In this document: in pieces, positions 41,815-55,213 of the stretch
Numbering within the stretch: the stretch's first letter is position 1
Layout: each line of letters opens with the position of its first letter
Source of the DNA: Octopus vulgaris
Taxonomy: Eukaryota
Direction of reading: 5' to 3'
DNA length: 64,000 bases
Assembly (NCBI GenBank): GCA_951406725.2
Contig: OX597828.1
Coordinates: 49,972,001 to 50,036,000, forward strand
Notes under the pieces: generated by a model
The model's input: the letters and a program-made list of their open reading frames with translations, nothing else
What the model was told of the DNA's origin: nothing
Database searches by the model: none
Position numbers and translations under genes: made by a program

Positions 41815-43228
41815 TCTTTTATTTTTTTCAGTCATTTGACTGCGGCCATGCTGGAGCACCACCTTTAGTTGAACAAATCAACTCTTGGACTTATTCTTTG
41901 TAAGCCTAATACTTATTCTATCAGCCTCTTTTGCTGAACTGCTAAGTAACTGAGGACGTAAACACACCAACATCGGTGGGGAGACAAACACAGACACACA
42001 AACACATATATATGTATATACGATAGGCTTCTTTCAGTTTTCGTCCACCAAATCCACTCACAAAGCTTTGGCCGTCCTGAGGCTATAGTAGAAGACACTT
42101 ACCCAAGGTGCCATGCAGTGGAACTGAACCCAGAACCATGTGGTTGGTATGCAAGCGACTTACCACCCACCCACTCCTGCGTTTATATATATAAACACAT
42201 ACACAAATACAGCTGTAATATACACACCTATAATGCCTGGTGTTTACTAGATTTTGGAGCTGACGATAGAGGTAGGAGAGGAGAAACTGAGTGTGTATGA
42301 ACTGGGGAGAGAGAGAGGAGAGTGAGGAAGGAGAGCCAAGAAGGAGAGTGAAGACGGAGGGAGAGAATAAAATGGGGGAGGTTAGAACGACATAAAATTA
42401 TAGAGGGGGAGATGGAGTTAGAAGAGAGCATTTGACAGAAAGTAAAACAAGTTTAACGCACCAGTAATAGTTTGTATACGTGTTACAGCCACAATAAACC
42501 GTCTACTTGTATTTTAGAATATTTTTAGATCACACCTCGCATGAATTGTCTAATTATGAGTGAAAAGAAAAAGATAATTACATGCAAAAGCGTGAAATAA
42601 CGATTGTAAGATGTCTAAAGTGTTTATAAAAAAAGAGAGAAGAATTTTAACAAGTCGATTAGCGTTGTAGGGCAAATCGCAGGACGGTGGTGAAAGGATC
42701 AAGTGACGAGTAAATAAATACGAGCGACGTGTTGCCAGTCATGTGAAAGATCTCTAACCACCCTACCACTTTCACTACTATGATTTTAAGATCACAAATG
42801 ATGAACATCAATCACGAGTTTCTCTCCACTTTGGTACAGGTTGTGATAGTAAATCAGACTGCGTCAACCCTAAGGCAGTAGGCCACTTTAGATTAACCGC
42901 TTGTCTCCAAATACCTCATCATATCTGTTTCTTTATTACCCACAAGGGGCTAAACATAGAAGGGGACAAACAAGGACAGACTAACGGATTGAGTCGATTA
43001 CATCGACCCCAGTGCGTAACTGGTACTTAATTTATCGACTCCGAATGGATGAAAGGCAAAGTCGACCTCGGCGGGATTTGAACTCAGAACGTAACGGCAG
43101 ACGAAATACGGCTACGCATTTCGCCCGGCGTGCTAACTTTTCTGCCAGCTCGCCATCATACCCACACCTTAATCCAGTAGTTCTCGAACTGGTGTTTAAT
43201 AAACGGTTCTCCTCATTAAATAAATAAA

Positions 43229-43640
43229 TGGCGCAGGAGTGGCTGTGTGGTAAGTAGCTTGCTAACCAACCACATGGTTCCGGGTTCAGTCCCACTGCGT
43301 GGCATCTTGGGCAAGTGTCTTCTGCTATAGCCCCGGGCCGACCAATGCCTTGTGAGTGGATTTGGTAGACGGAAACTGAAAGAAGCCTGTCGCATATATG
43401 TGTATATATATGTATTTGTGTGTATGTTTGTGTGTCTGTGTTTGACCCCCTAGCATTGCTTGACAACCGATGCTGGTGTGTTTATGTCCCCGTTACTTAG
43501 CGGTTCGGCAAAAGAGACCGATAGCATAAGTACTGGGCTTACAAAAAGAATAAGTCCCGGGGTCGAGTCGCTCGACTAAAGGCGGTGCTCCAGCATGGCC
43601 GCAGTCAAAGGACTGAAACAAGTAAAAGAGTAAAAAAGAG
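43229..43640 (+). mobile_element. tRNA-derived SINE family A (CORE-like), the dominant repeat; other copies at about 21970-22313(+), 24350-24758(-), 27080-27500(-), 28240-28590(+), 30130-30752(-), 31485-31908(-), 32261-32675(+), 36580-36980(-), 39690-39938(+), 41377-42180 (nested), 52380-52772(-), 57007-57405(+), 57563-57930(-), 61118-61538(-), 62635-63057(+)
   Basis: Head GGCGCAGGAGTGGCTGTGTGGTAAG...GGGTTCAGTCCC, CORE-like (c)CTTGGGCAAGT, internal (TA)n(TG)n spacer and (GAGTAAAA)n tail, repeated in more than 15 copies in both orientations. Confidence 0.9.
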
Positions 43641-43779
43641 TAAACCAAAACAGTTTGTATCTTTAAACTTTCTCCACCATAGTTGACTGTTAATCTATCC
43701 CAATTTTATTAATCGTGGTATTTTGTCTTCCCCCATTTCAATCCTCACAGCCAGTGCATACAGAGCAGTTGCCCGGGGC

Positions 43780-44041
43780 TAGAGCCGACTTAAGATAAGG
43801 TCACATTGGGCAGTTACCCTGGTGCCCTACGGATCTAAGGGCCCTACACTGAACTACGTATGCTGTAGTTTGCTCTCAATAAATACTATAGGACTCACGG
43901 GGTTCTATAATATTACTTAGACGGCCCTGTTAGGGGCCCCAGTTCTGATCCACGTATGCTGTGGTTTAGTATCATTAAATAAATACTATAGGCTCCCAGT
44001 GCACTGATTTGCCCCTAGGCCTATAATGCTAAGACGGCTCG
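43780..44041. mobile_element. Possible hAT-type MITE with internal direct repeats
   Basis: Ends AGAGCCGACTTAAG and CTAAGACGGCTC; duplicated block ACGTATGCTGT...AAATACTATAGG. Confidence 0.45.
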
Positions 44042-44848
44042 GGCTCAAAGCCCTTTGTGAGAAACACTGCCTTACTCCACCTAAGGCTATCATTGTATTA
44101 AAGCCCACACTTAAACTACCCCACCATCTCATCACAAGAAGTACGTCATATTTCAATAAATCTAAGACATAAATGTTCTTTGATAAGATCCCCCCCCAAA
44201 AAAAAATAGACGGGAAATGGTGTACTGATATATCAGATGCAGTAGGGCTGATGCAGCTGAATGTTCATATCTTATACGAGATCGTTTTATCTATATATAT
44301 ATAGTTTTTAAGAGGAGAGAAAGTTAGGAATGTGTGTGTGTGATGGTCATATTTTTCTTAGATAATAATGGCTTAGTTATTTCATTAAATTTTCCATCAT
44401 TTTCAAATCTAATCGAAATATTTCAATTATGCCACCTATACTACCTAGGAAAGGAAAAAGATGTTGCAACTAATATATATCGTGCGGAGTATGTGTTACA
44501 AGTATTAAAACCAGTTTTCAGTTTGAGAAAAAAAAAGACTGTGTCAAGGTTCTGTATTAATAGTAAGAAAAATTCTATTTTTCAAGCTCAAAACTTTAAC
44601 ATCCAATGTTAAATTATGAATTAAATTACAATAATGACTTTTTTTCGGGCAAGAGGAGACAGAGTTGAATCATAGAAATTGTTTTAATGGTTCTTTACGT
44701 TCTGAGTTCAAATACAGCCAAAGTAAACTTTTCCTTTCATTCTTTCAGGGTCGATAAATAAAGTACCAGTTAGGTACTGGAGTCAATGTACTTGACTATC
44801 CCCCCACCTAAAATTACTAGTCTTGTATCAAAATTTGCAACAACTATT

Positions 44849-44975
44849 GGTACTACTTAATACAGAGGTTCCGACGCATCTACGTAACCCTAACCCTAAA
44901 ACTAACCCTTAAACCCTAACGAATGTGCACTGTAAAAACGTTGTTACGCCGAGACCTCTGTATCTAAGTAGTGCC
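44849..44975. mobile_element. Short MITE with internal (TAACCC)n
   Basis: TIR GGTACTACTTA-ATACAGAGG / CCTCTGTATCTAAGTAGTGCC; degenerate telomere-type repeats at 44885-44920; right TSD not visible because another repeat abuts. Confidence 0.7.
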
Positions 44976-44977
44976 CA

Positions 44978-45160
44978 GATCGTTAGCCACTACACATTTT
45001 TTTTTTTCTCTCCTTGTTTTTTCTGTATCTCTTTCAGTAGAAGAGCGTTGGCTCGAAACGTAAAAGACTTTTTCTATTCCTGAGCGTTATACTAATACAT
45101 CTAATTGTTTTGTACACTACTTGTCTTCGTCTTTTGTTTTTTTTCGTAAACTCTCTCTAT
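44978..45160 (+). mobile_element. Penelope-like short repeat with a degenerate hammerhead motif; related copy at about 38225-38370(-)
   Basis: UCUUU-CAGUAGA-A-GAGC(guug)GCUC-GAAA-CG-UA-AAAGA at 45030-45067; homolog GUUU-CCGAAGA-A-GAGC(gucu)GCUC-AAAAUG-UU-AAAC at 38262-38297; both followed by ccTGAGCGT. Confidence 0.55.
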
Positions 45161-46999
45161 TAAGAGGAATAGTTGGAGAGATGAAATAATATTCACTGGT
45201 TTGCCACATTGCAATTATTTTAAATGTGGCAATGTGCAGTGTTGAAGTGTTGGATAGAATGCCTCGCATTTTTTTGTCTCCGCTCCTCTGCGTTCTGAGT
45301 TCAAATCCCGCTTCGTCATGGAGAGAAGGGGAAACAATTATCAGGAGTTGCGACCAATTGATAGTATCAGGAATTTTAAAAATAAAAAAGCAAAAAACAA
45401 TTCAAATAGTTTCTTTAGTTCAATCGAAGACCGACTGTCTCTACCCCGCCACTCGTAGTTTATTAATCGTGGAAAGATGTCAAACAAATTCAAACATTAC
45501 CAGATTTCAAGTTCTAGTTAAAAATAGACGATAGTTTATCTCACGCAGACACTTTTTATTGCTAAGTCAGGAGAGGTGGAGGGGGGAAGGTCCAGAGCTC
45601 ACGACACGAGTTATTTTAGTGGCTTTTGAGACGAGGGATGAAGGGAGGATGATATCCTCAAACCAGACTCTTGGCTCGACTGGTTAAACAAGGACCAGGA
45701 ATTTGTATTGAACCAGACGACATACATCACACACACATACCATATGTATACAGGGCCACCCATTAACAGCAGCCTTCGCCAGCATTTTGAATCTCCCCCA
45801 CTCTACTAAATAAACACTAATAGGGTTTTCCTAAAAGTCAAATGTACTTGGACACCTCCTTCTCTCGTCATCACTTATCAGTGGTTTCTCACCCTTGAGA
45901 AATTTTATGAAATTTAGCATCGTTGCAGTTAACATCAGTAGTACATTCGACCATGACTGAAAAGTAAATCTCCTGGGGGCAGAGGCAACAGTACCCGCCC
46001 ATGTGTTATATTCATTTCTTGAATAGGTTGCTTCTTGCCATATCATATTACAGCAGTGTGAGTTGAAACAATCCAGAGCCAACGATTTGTGAATTGTTGC
46101 GTGCTCCAGGGTCCATCTTTATTTATTTGTAATACACGACAACGCCTATACAGGATAATTCTACTCTTCATTGCTTTCAAACCTTTCACACGGAAGGGTT
46201 ATTTACAAGCAACTTAGAAACCTCATACCGAAGTATGCATTGGTTCCTTACTTTTGCCTCTTTCAACCGTAGTAGCACACACGCAAATTACGAGTCCCCA
46301 CCTTACGCTTAAGCGTCACGCAATTAGTACCCTTATGATAGCTTCAAATAGTAAGCATTATCATCACTGGTTTTTGAGGTGTGTTTCTGCACACACATTG
46401 TAGTCGGACATATATATATATATAAATATCACAAAATAAAAGGGTGGGGAAAAACCCAACGGAGTTTCGGATTAGACCCCATACAAATTGGAAAAAAAAC
46501 CCCAGCAAATTATCCCTGTGTTTCGAACAACGGAAATTACAATTCTGAAAAACAATAAAACATACACAGAGACAAGCGGGGGCGGGGGAGTCATTCGACT
46601 GAATGGTCTTAGAAGTGTTTTTTTTGTTGTTTTTTGTCCCACGCTCAGCTTCGATTGGCCTCACCCACTAAGTTTATAGCGCATTTCGTTGCGGACAGCT
46701 GGGGAACCGCCTTCAAAAATGTTATTCCAATAGACACCGGTACTTATTTTATTTTTAAGCTAGGTACTTAATTTATCGATCGAATTTGCCGAGCCGCTAA
46801 GTTACGGACATGTAAACACACCAACACCGGTTGTCAAGCGGTGGTATGGGACAAACACACACACACGACGGGCTTCCTTCACTTCCCGTCTATCAAATCC
46901 ACTCACAAGGCTCTAGTCGGTCCGAGGTTATAGTGATCCCGGAACCTTGTGGTTGGGAAACAGACTCCTTACCACACAGCCACGCCTATTATAGAAATA

Positions 47000-47600
47000 A
47001 TGCACCCCTCACCAAAAATATGGTTACGCTTCGCCGGTTGGGAATGCGCTTATCGAGTAACAACGTTCCAACCCATGGACATCTGACTTTTTCTTTTACT
47101 ATAGCGACTTGGTCCTCAGAGCCAGCAGGCTATCTTTCGTTTGAACTCCACTCGTCTTTCCTCTGTCATTACGTATCATTACACCGACGTTCAATTCTTT
47201 CTTCCATAACTTTGGCTCTCAGGAATTCGCGGCGCATGATATATACGCAGAGATTTCTATTCAAGATGATCGTCATTTTTCGTCCATAAAAACACTCGTA
47301 TTTAGACCAAGAAATTACCGACTTCTAACAAGTTAAACACTTTCGCTTTCACTGAAGCCTAGAAAGAAAAAGTACCGAATTCCTTCACTACCTTTTTACG
47401 CTGCCGCCGTCAACTCGGCAACAATTTAGTGGAACATTAATGACATCAGACTATGACGGCTTGCGGAGGGGCGAGGGTACCGATCCTTTCTCGAACGAAA
47501 CTAACAACAAACTAGAGATCGCCCAGAATAGGTTATTAAGCGGCTGGTGATAGTTTCATGTGATCGGTGCAACAACAGTTAACAAAAGTGGGTGGAAACT
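47000..47600 (-). promoter_or_regulatory. Putative UAP1 promoter and non-coding first exon (candidate donor CG|GTAATT at 47319/47318)
   Basis: Unique, visibly CpG-rich sequence upstream of coding exon 1, which begins with a splice acceptor; GC-box-like gaggggcgag near 47466-47475 and TGACATCA at 47441-47448. The TSS position is inferred. Confidence 0.45.
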
Positions 47601-49638
47601 AGACACAAGAAAATCATAAGAAACAATGTATACAAATATTTCGTTTGAAAGAATTAAAGTATTACGGAGATGTACTTGCATAGCAAGTGATTTGATCTGA
47701 GATCGTGTGCTGAAACGAAAACAATTGCAGCGTGGAAGGTGTTTGTAAGCCATTTAAGAAACACACAAAAGCCGTTCGATTCACTTCAACATTTAAGTTT
47801 AATTTGTCAAAATATTTTCGTCGCTTTAAGACCGAGACCTGTTCACTGACAAAGATTAAAGTATTATCTCTACTTTATTTTGTTTTTTTTCTACAGTGTG
47901 TAAACGAAAAATAACCAACTATATTAGATACATACTTTACTATAAACTTTATATACACATACATACATTGCATATATAGATACATGCATTACATACATTT
48001 TATATACATATATGCATTACATTATACACTCATGTAAGTGGATGGGCTTCGTTAGCTCGTGAAACATCACACACTGTCGTGAATAGATTAACTCTTTTTT
48101 TTTTCTCTCGTATGGATGTCAAGTTGAACTGTCAGCAAGTTGGACATTAAGTCCGGACAGTTGTTGACGTTTGAATCATTTATACACAAACCCCAATCAA
48201 TGTATACATACATACATACACACACACACGTCAGGGCAAGTTGTTGGGACAAGGCGTGGACGTAGATGGAGAGAGAGAGACAAACTAAAATGTTGCTTGC
48301 ATTTCGAGTGAGAAGAAACATTAAGCAAGTCGTACACCTAAGCTATTTAGATTTGAGATGGGGACTGGGCAGTTGCCATTGGGTGCTTCTAAAGAGATTT
48401 AGTTTACTCAATGTATATCTTCAAATACCTCAACCGTCTCCTCACCCGATGAATTTTGTTTCGGTTTTATCTGTCACGTTTAGTTTTGCTATCGCATAAA
48501 TGGGACAACGCATAAACATCATTATCATCAAGTCCCACGGTCGATATAATGAACATCTCTCCTCTTTAAAACAGCAGGCATCATTATTATTACAGAATGA
48601 TGAAGTCGCAAATGTGGGAAGTGATGGGTTGCATGCATCGCAGTCTTGAATTATGGCTCGTGTTCGCTTCGGATCATTCCAAAGTTAACTCGGTCCACTC
48701 GTTGCTCCTGGGCTGATAAATTACATTCCAGTAATGTACAATATTCGATTGAATCGATTACACCTCTAGCCTTCAACATTAGTGGTCATCAGGAAAGCAG
48801 TGGAAGTTGACTTTATGCTCTTAGAAGAGCACGAAGTACTGAAGTTTCGGTTTCATTTATCCCCTAACGATGTTGGAATGAATATCTTTGCTATGTTTAC
48901 GAAACACGGAAAATGAATTGCCTGTTTATAATTGAGAGAACAACCGAATACGTTTTAAGACAAAACAATGTACTCCAACACACACACACAAAAAAAAACA
49001 ACAACAAAAGTAAACGAACTGCCAACAGGGGGGTTAATAAAAGTAACGAACATTAATTCCTTAATTAAAGTCCAGATCTTTCAAATCCAATCACCAATTC
49101 GAATTTCCTTAAATATGTCTCTGTTTAATGTGATTAAAATATATGTCTCCCGTTCGAAAGATATAATTAAAAAAAAAAAAAAGGTGTAATGAAACGAAGA
49201 AAAGGCCTTACCTTTAATCAAGATGCGACTGTCTCCTCTAGGAAACAAACTTTAAATAAGCCGGTGCTAGCAGCGCTTTTACCTTTTTAATACGTGGCAA
49301 ATGGAATCCTTCCGCGATGAACAAAATAGTTCGTAAGAAATTTGTTTCAAGCAACGACAACACCGAATAGATTTCCTTCAGAAAACTAATACGAGAAGAT
49401 TTAAAGATAATTTTATTTTATGCCTGAAAAGTAATCCAATGAAGGGGTTAATCTACTAGATTAATTGGTTTAGAAACAAGTTATAATAAACTATGTGGTT
49501 AGGATATCTGGTGTAAGGATAACTTTCGTTTACTTCTGTTAGATTGATTAAAAATATATGGATCACTGGCTAAATGAGGGTGTGCTAACCGTCCCGTGTG
49601 GTTATGTGCTTTTGTATGTGTGTTCCTCTCGCTCTGTT

Positions 49639-50925
<1,287 letters not shown>

Positions 50926-51622
50926 CCTGTACGTACACGCACACATACACGTTTGTTTATGTTTTTGACATTTGGTCAGAAAGTTAAGTTCATGAGCCTT
51001 TATTTTTTGTTCAAGTTGATCAAAGCCCAGCTTGAACCCTTGCCAAAAAATGACCTCTGCTAAAGACACCCTAGAACCAGATACTGGCATTAAATTGAAC
51101 ATTGAACAAAAGCTACAACCAAGAACTTGGACAAGTTTTTTATTTTATTGACCCTTGATAAAAGACAAAATTGACATATTTTAACAGGTAGAAAATGAAG
51201 ATGTAGCCATCAGTGATACTCTCTTAACAAAATCAAAAATTGACGGAGAAGTGTTCCAAGACACTTTCTCGGTAACTCTGTCAACATTGGAATGGTTGTA
51301 TTATCCTGGTTCCTCTGGGTGATTAATAATGTGACCAGATGAATTTTGAAATGATTTCTGGGGTGTTTCTTACAACAGCAAAGACCTAGAGAAACATCTT
51401 TTCACATTGATATTATAAGCCCTTTTAATATCCACCTGACCATCTTGATCTTCTGAATCTAGGCAATTACATCTCCCTCATCACAGAAAAGTTTGGTGGC
51501 ATCATTACCGATCCTTATTTTTGCTTACCAAACCGCTAAATTACAGGGGATGTAAACACACCAACATCAGTTGTCAAGTGATGTGGAGGGACAGACACAG
51601 GCAAACATACATACATATATAC

Positions 51623-51686
<64 letters not shown>

Positions 51687-52774
51687 CACGTAAAAAGGCA
51701 CACATGGAAAAAGCACCCACTACACTCACGGAGTGGTTGGCGTTAGGAAGGGCATCCAGCTGTAGAAACACTGCCAGATCAGACTGGAGCCTTGTGCAGC
51801 CTCCTGGCTTCCCAGACCCAGGTCGAACCGTCCAACCCATGCTAGCATGGAAAACGGACGTTAAAGATGATGATGATAATGATATATATATATAGATATT
51901 TATATATACGATGGGCTTCTTTCAGTTTCCATCTACCAAATCCACTCACAAGGCTTTGGCTGGCCTGAGGCTATAGTAGAAGATACTTGCCCAAGGTGCC
52001 ATGCAGTGGGACTGAACCCGGAACCATGTGGTTGGTAAGCAAGCTACATACCACACAGCTATTCCTGAGCTTATCTTTACATTCTGAGTTTAAATTCCTC
52101 CAAGATTGACTTTGCCTTTCATCCTTCTGGGGTCAATCAAATAAGTACCAGTTGAGCACTGGGGGTTGATGTAATTGACTTGCACCTTCCCCCACAATTG
52201 CTGGCCTTGTGCCAAAATTTGAAACCAATGTTATTAAACAACTAGGCGCAGGAATGGCTGTGTGGTAAGTAGCTTGGGCAAGTGTCTTCTACTATAGCCT
52301 CGGGCCAACCAAAGCTTTGTGAGTAGATTTGGTAGATGGAAACTGAAAGAAGCCCATCGTATATGTGTGTGTATATCTTTTCTCTTTTATTCATTTACTT
52401 GTTTCAATCATTTCACTGTGGCTATACTGGAGCACCGCCTTTAGTCGAGCAAATCGACCCCAGGACTTATTCTTTGGAAGCCTAGCACTTATTCTATCGG
52501 TCTCTTTTGCCTAACTGCTAAGTTATGGGGACATAAACACACCAGCATCGGTTGAGATGTTCAGGGGACAAACACAGACACACAAACACGCACACACACA
52601 CACATATATACGACGGGCTTCTTTCAGTTTCCGTCTACCAAATCCACTCACAAAGCTTTGGTCGGCCCAAGGCTACAGTAGAAGACACTTGCCCAAGGTG
52701 CTACGCAGTGGGAATGAACCCAGAACCATGTGGTTCGTAAGCAAGCTACTAACCACACAGCTACTCCTGCGCAA

Positions 52775-53625
52775 CAAGCTTCTCTCAGTTTCCTCCTGCC
52801 AAGCTGCTAAATTATGGGGGACGTAAACACATGAGCACCAGTCATCAAAGACACACGCACATATAGATATATATACAACAAGCTTCACTCAGTTTCCTCC
52901 TGCCAAGCTGCTAAATTATGGGGGACGTAAACACATGAGCACCAGTCATCAAAGACACATGCACATATAGATATATATATACAACAAGCTTCTCTCAGTT
53001 TCCTCCTGCCAAGCTGCTAAATTATGGGGGACGTAAACACATGAGCACCAGTCATCAAAGACACACGCACATATAGATATATATACAACAAGCTTCACTC
53101 AGTTTCCTCCTGCCAAGCTGCTAAATTATGGGGGACGTAAACACATGAGCACCAGTCATCAAAGACACATGCACATATAGATATATATATACAACAAGCT
53201 TCTCTCAGTTTCCTCCTGCCAAGCTGCTAAATTATGGGGGACGTAAACACATGAGCACCAGTCATCAAAGACACACGCACATATAGATATATATACAACA
53301 AGCTTCTCTCAGTTTCCTCCTGCCAAGCTGCTAAATTATGGGGGACGTAAACACATGAGCACCAGTCATCAAAGACACATGCACATATAGATATATATAC
53401 AACAAGCTTCTCTCAGTTTCCTCCTGCCAAGCTGCTAAATTATGGGGGACGTAAACACATGAGCACCAGTCATCAAAGACACACGCACATATAGATATAT
53501 ATACAACAAGCTTCTCTCAGTTTCCTCCTGCCAAGCTGCTAAATTATGGGGGACGTAAACACATGAGCACCAGTCATCAAAGACACACGCACATATAGAT
53601 ATATATACAACAAGCTTCTCTCAGT
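52775..53625 (+). repeat. Tandem array of 8 full units of 104/106 bp plus a partial ninth
   Basis: Unit starts (CAAGCTTC) at 52775, 52879, 52985, 53089, 53195, 53299, 53403, 53507 and 53611; units differ at only about 3 sites. Confidence 0.97.
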
Positions 53626-53839
53626 TTCTGTCTATCAAATCCACTCACAAGGCTTTGGTTGACCTGAGGCTGTAGTAGAAGAACCCAGAACCGTGTAGAT
53701 AAGACGGAAGCTTCTTACCACACACTTCCTTTGGACCATTTCTCAAGGGTAGGTTTTTTTTTTGTTTCATTTCTTTAAACCATAAGTGGATTTGGTAGAT
53801 GGAAACTAAAAGAACCCATTGAATATATGTGTATATATA

Positions 53840-53870
<31 letters not shown>

Positions 53871-54624
53871 CTTTGCTTGTCCTTCCCCCCCCCCCGCCAC
53901 TGCTTGACAACTGGTGTTCACTTTTTTTTTCTTGTTAATTATAAAATTTGGGACAGAATTTCTGGAAAACAGGGAAATATCTTGGAGGAAGTCAAATGTT
54001 TATTGTAGATTTGGCAGCCAACTGTAAATGGGTGGTGATAGTCATGGTAGTAGTGGCAGTAGTGGTTGGAGGAAGGAGTTAGTAGTAGGGGAGAGGGGAG
54101 ATAGATATAACAAGTTTCTTGTTGACCTTTTACCTACCGCCACCACCACCACCACCATTAACACCCACAGCCACCACTACCATCAGAATGTTGAAAATTT
54201 TTAATGGTGGCATTTCATTACCAGTCTAGATCTAAAAGAAAGCAGAATGAGAAGGGGGAAGAGGAGCAGGAGGGGGAGGTAGAAAAGTAGGAAGAAAAAG
54301 AAGAGAAACAGGAAAGGGAGGAAGAGGAGGAGGAGGAGGAGAAAAAAAAGAAGAAAACTTTCCTTGCCCAAACCTGTTTCATGGAAGACTTATTGTGTTT
54401 AAATAAATTATTTTTTTTTTAGGTTGATATGAAAGTTTACAAGTGAGGGTTAATTGAAATAATTGTGTTTTTCCAAATGTTTTCTGCAGTAAAGTTACCA
54501 AAACTGGTTCCAGCTAGAAAATCAAAACCAAGCAACAAGTTTACTGCTAATCTATGGCACATCCCTTCCCTTCCTTAGGACCATTTATCAAGGGTGGTTT
54601 TTTTCTTTCAATTCTTTAAGCCAG

Positions 54625-54886
54625 GCTTCCGTGCCGGTGGCACGTTAAAAGCACCAACTAATCGTGGCTGATGCCAGACCCCTCCCTGGCACCTGTGCAG
54701 GTGGCACGTAAAAAGCACCCACTACACTCACGGAGTGGTTGGCGTTAGGAAGGGCATCCAGCTGTAGAAACACTGCCAGATCAGACTGGAGCCTGGTGCA
54801 GCCCTGGCTTCCCAGACTCCGGTCGAACCGTCCAACCCATGCTAGCGCGGAAAACGGACGTTAAACGATGATGATGATGATGATGT
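54625..54886 (+). mobile_element. RTE-type 3'-tail repeat ending GTTAAACGATGATGATG; other copies at about 9784-9995(+), 11450-11880(-), 15728-15980(-), 19164-19530(-), 20345-20560(-), 29248-29575(+), 30365-30455(-), 32972-33120(-), 40222-40746(+), 51685-51880(+)
   Basis: Conserved GTTGGCGTTAGGAAGGGCATCCAGC segment and (GAT)n tail; homologous to the 3' UTR contiguous with the RTE ORF at 34436-35960. Confidence 0.85.
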
Positions 54887-54934
54887 GAGTAGATTTGGTA
54901 GATGGAAGCTAAAAGAACCCATTGTATATATGTG

Positions 54935-54969
<35 letters not shown>

Positions 54970-55213
54970 CTTTGTCCCCTTCCCCCCTGCTTGACCAGTG
55001 CTAACATGCTTACATCCCTGTAACTTAGTGGTTCGGCAAAAGACACCAATAGAATAAGTACCAGGCTTATAAAAAGTAATAACTGGGGTTGGTACATTCA
55101 ACTAAAAGTTCTTCAAGGCAGTGCAATCAATGATTGCTTTTATACAATGACTAGCTGACCAGTGACCATGTGCCATCAATAATGATGGTTAATTATAGTA
55201 TTCTATATATAAA

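Noticed and set aside
45831-46082. 83-aa minus-strand ORF as an upstream coding exon of UAP1
   Set aside because: Non-ATG start, ends in its own stop, no family similarity, and UAP1 is already complete from the ATG at 39408.
51180-51505. Possible CR1-like RT remnant (DATKLF...) on the minus strand
   Set aside because: Only a single short motif resemblance with multiple stops; insufficient support.
52775-53625. CRISPR-like appearance of the regular array
   Set aside because: Units are near-identical along their full length with no unique spacers, no cas genes are present and the context is eukaryotic.
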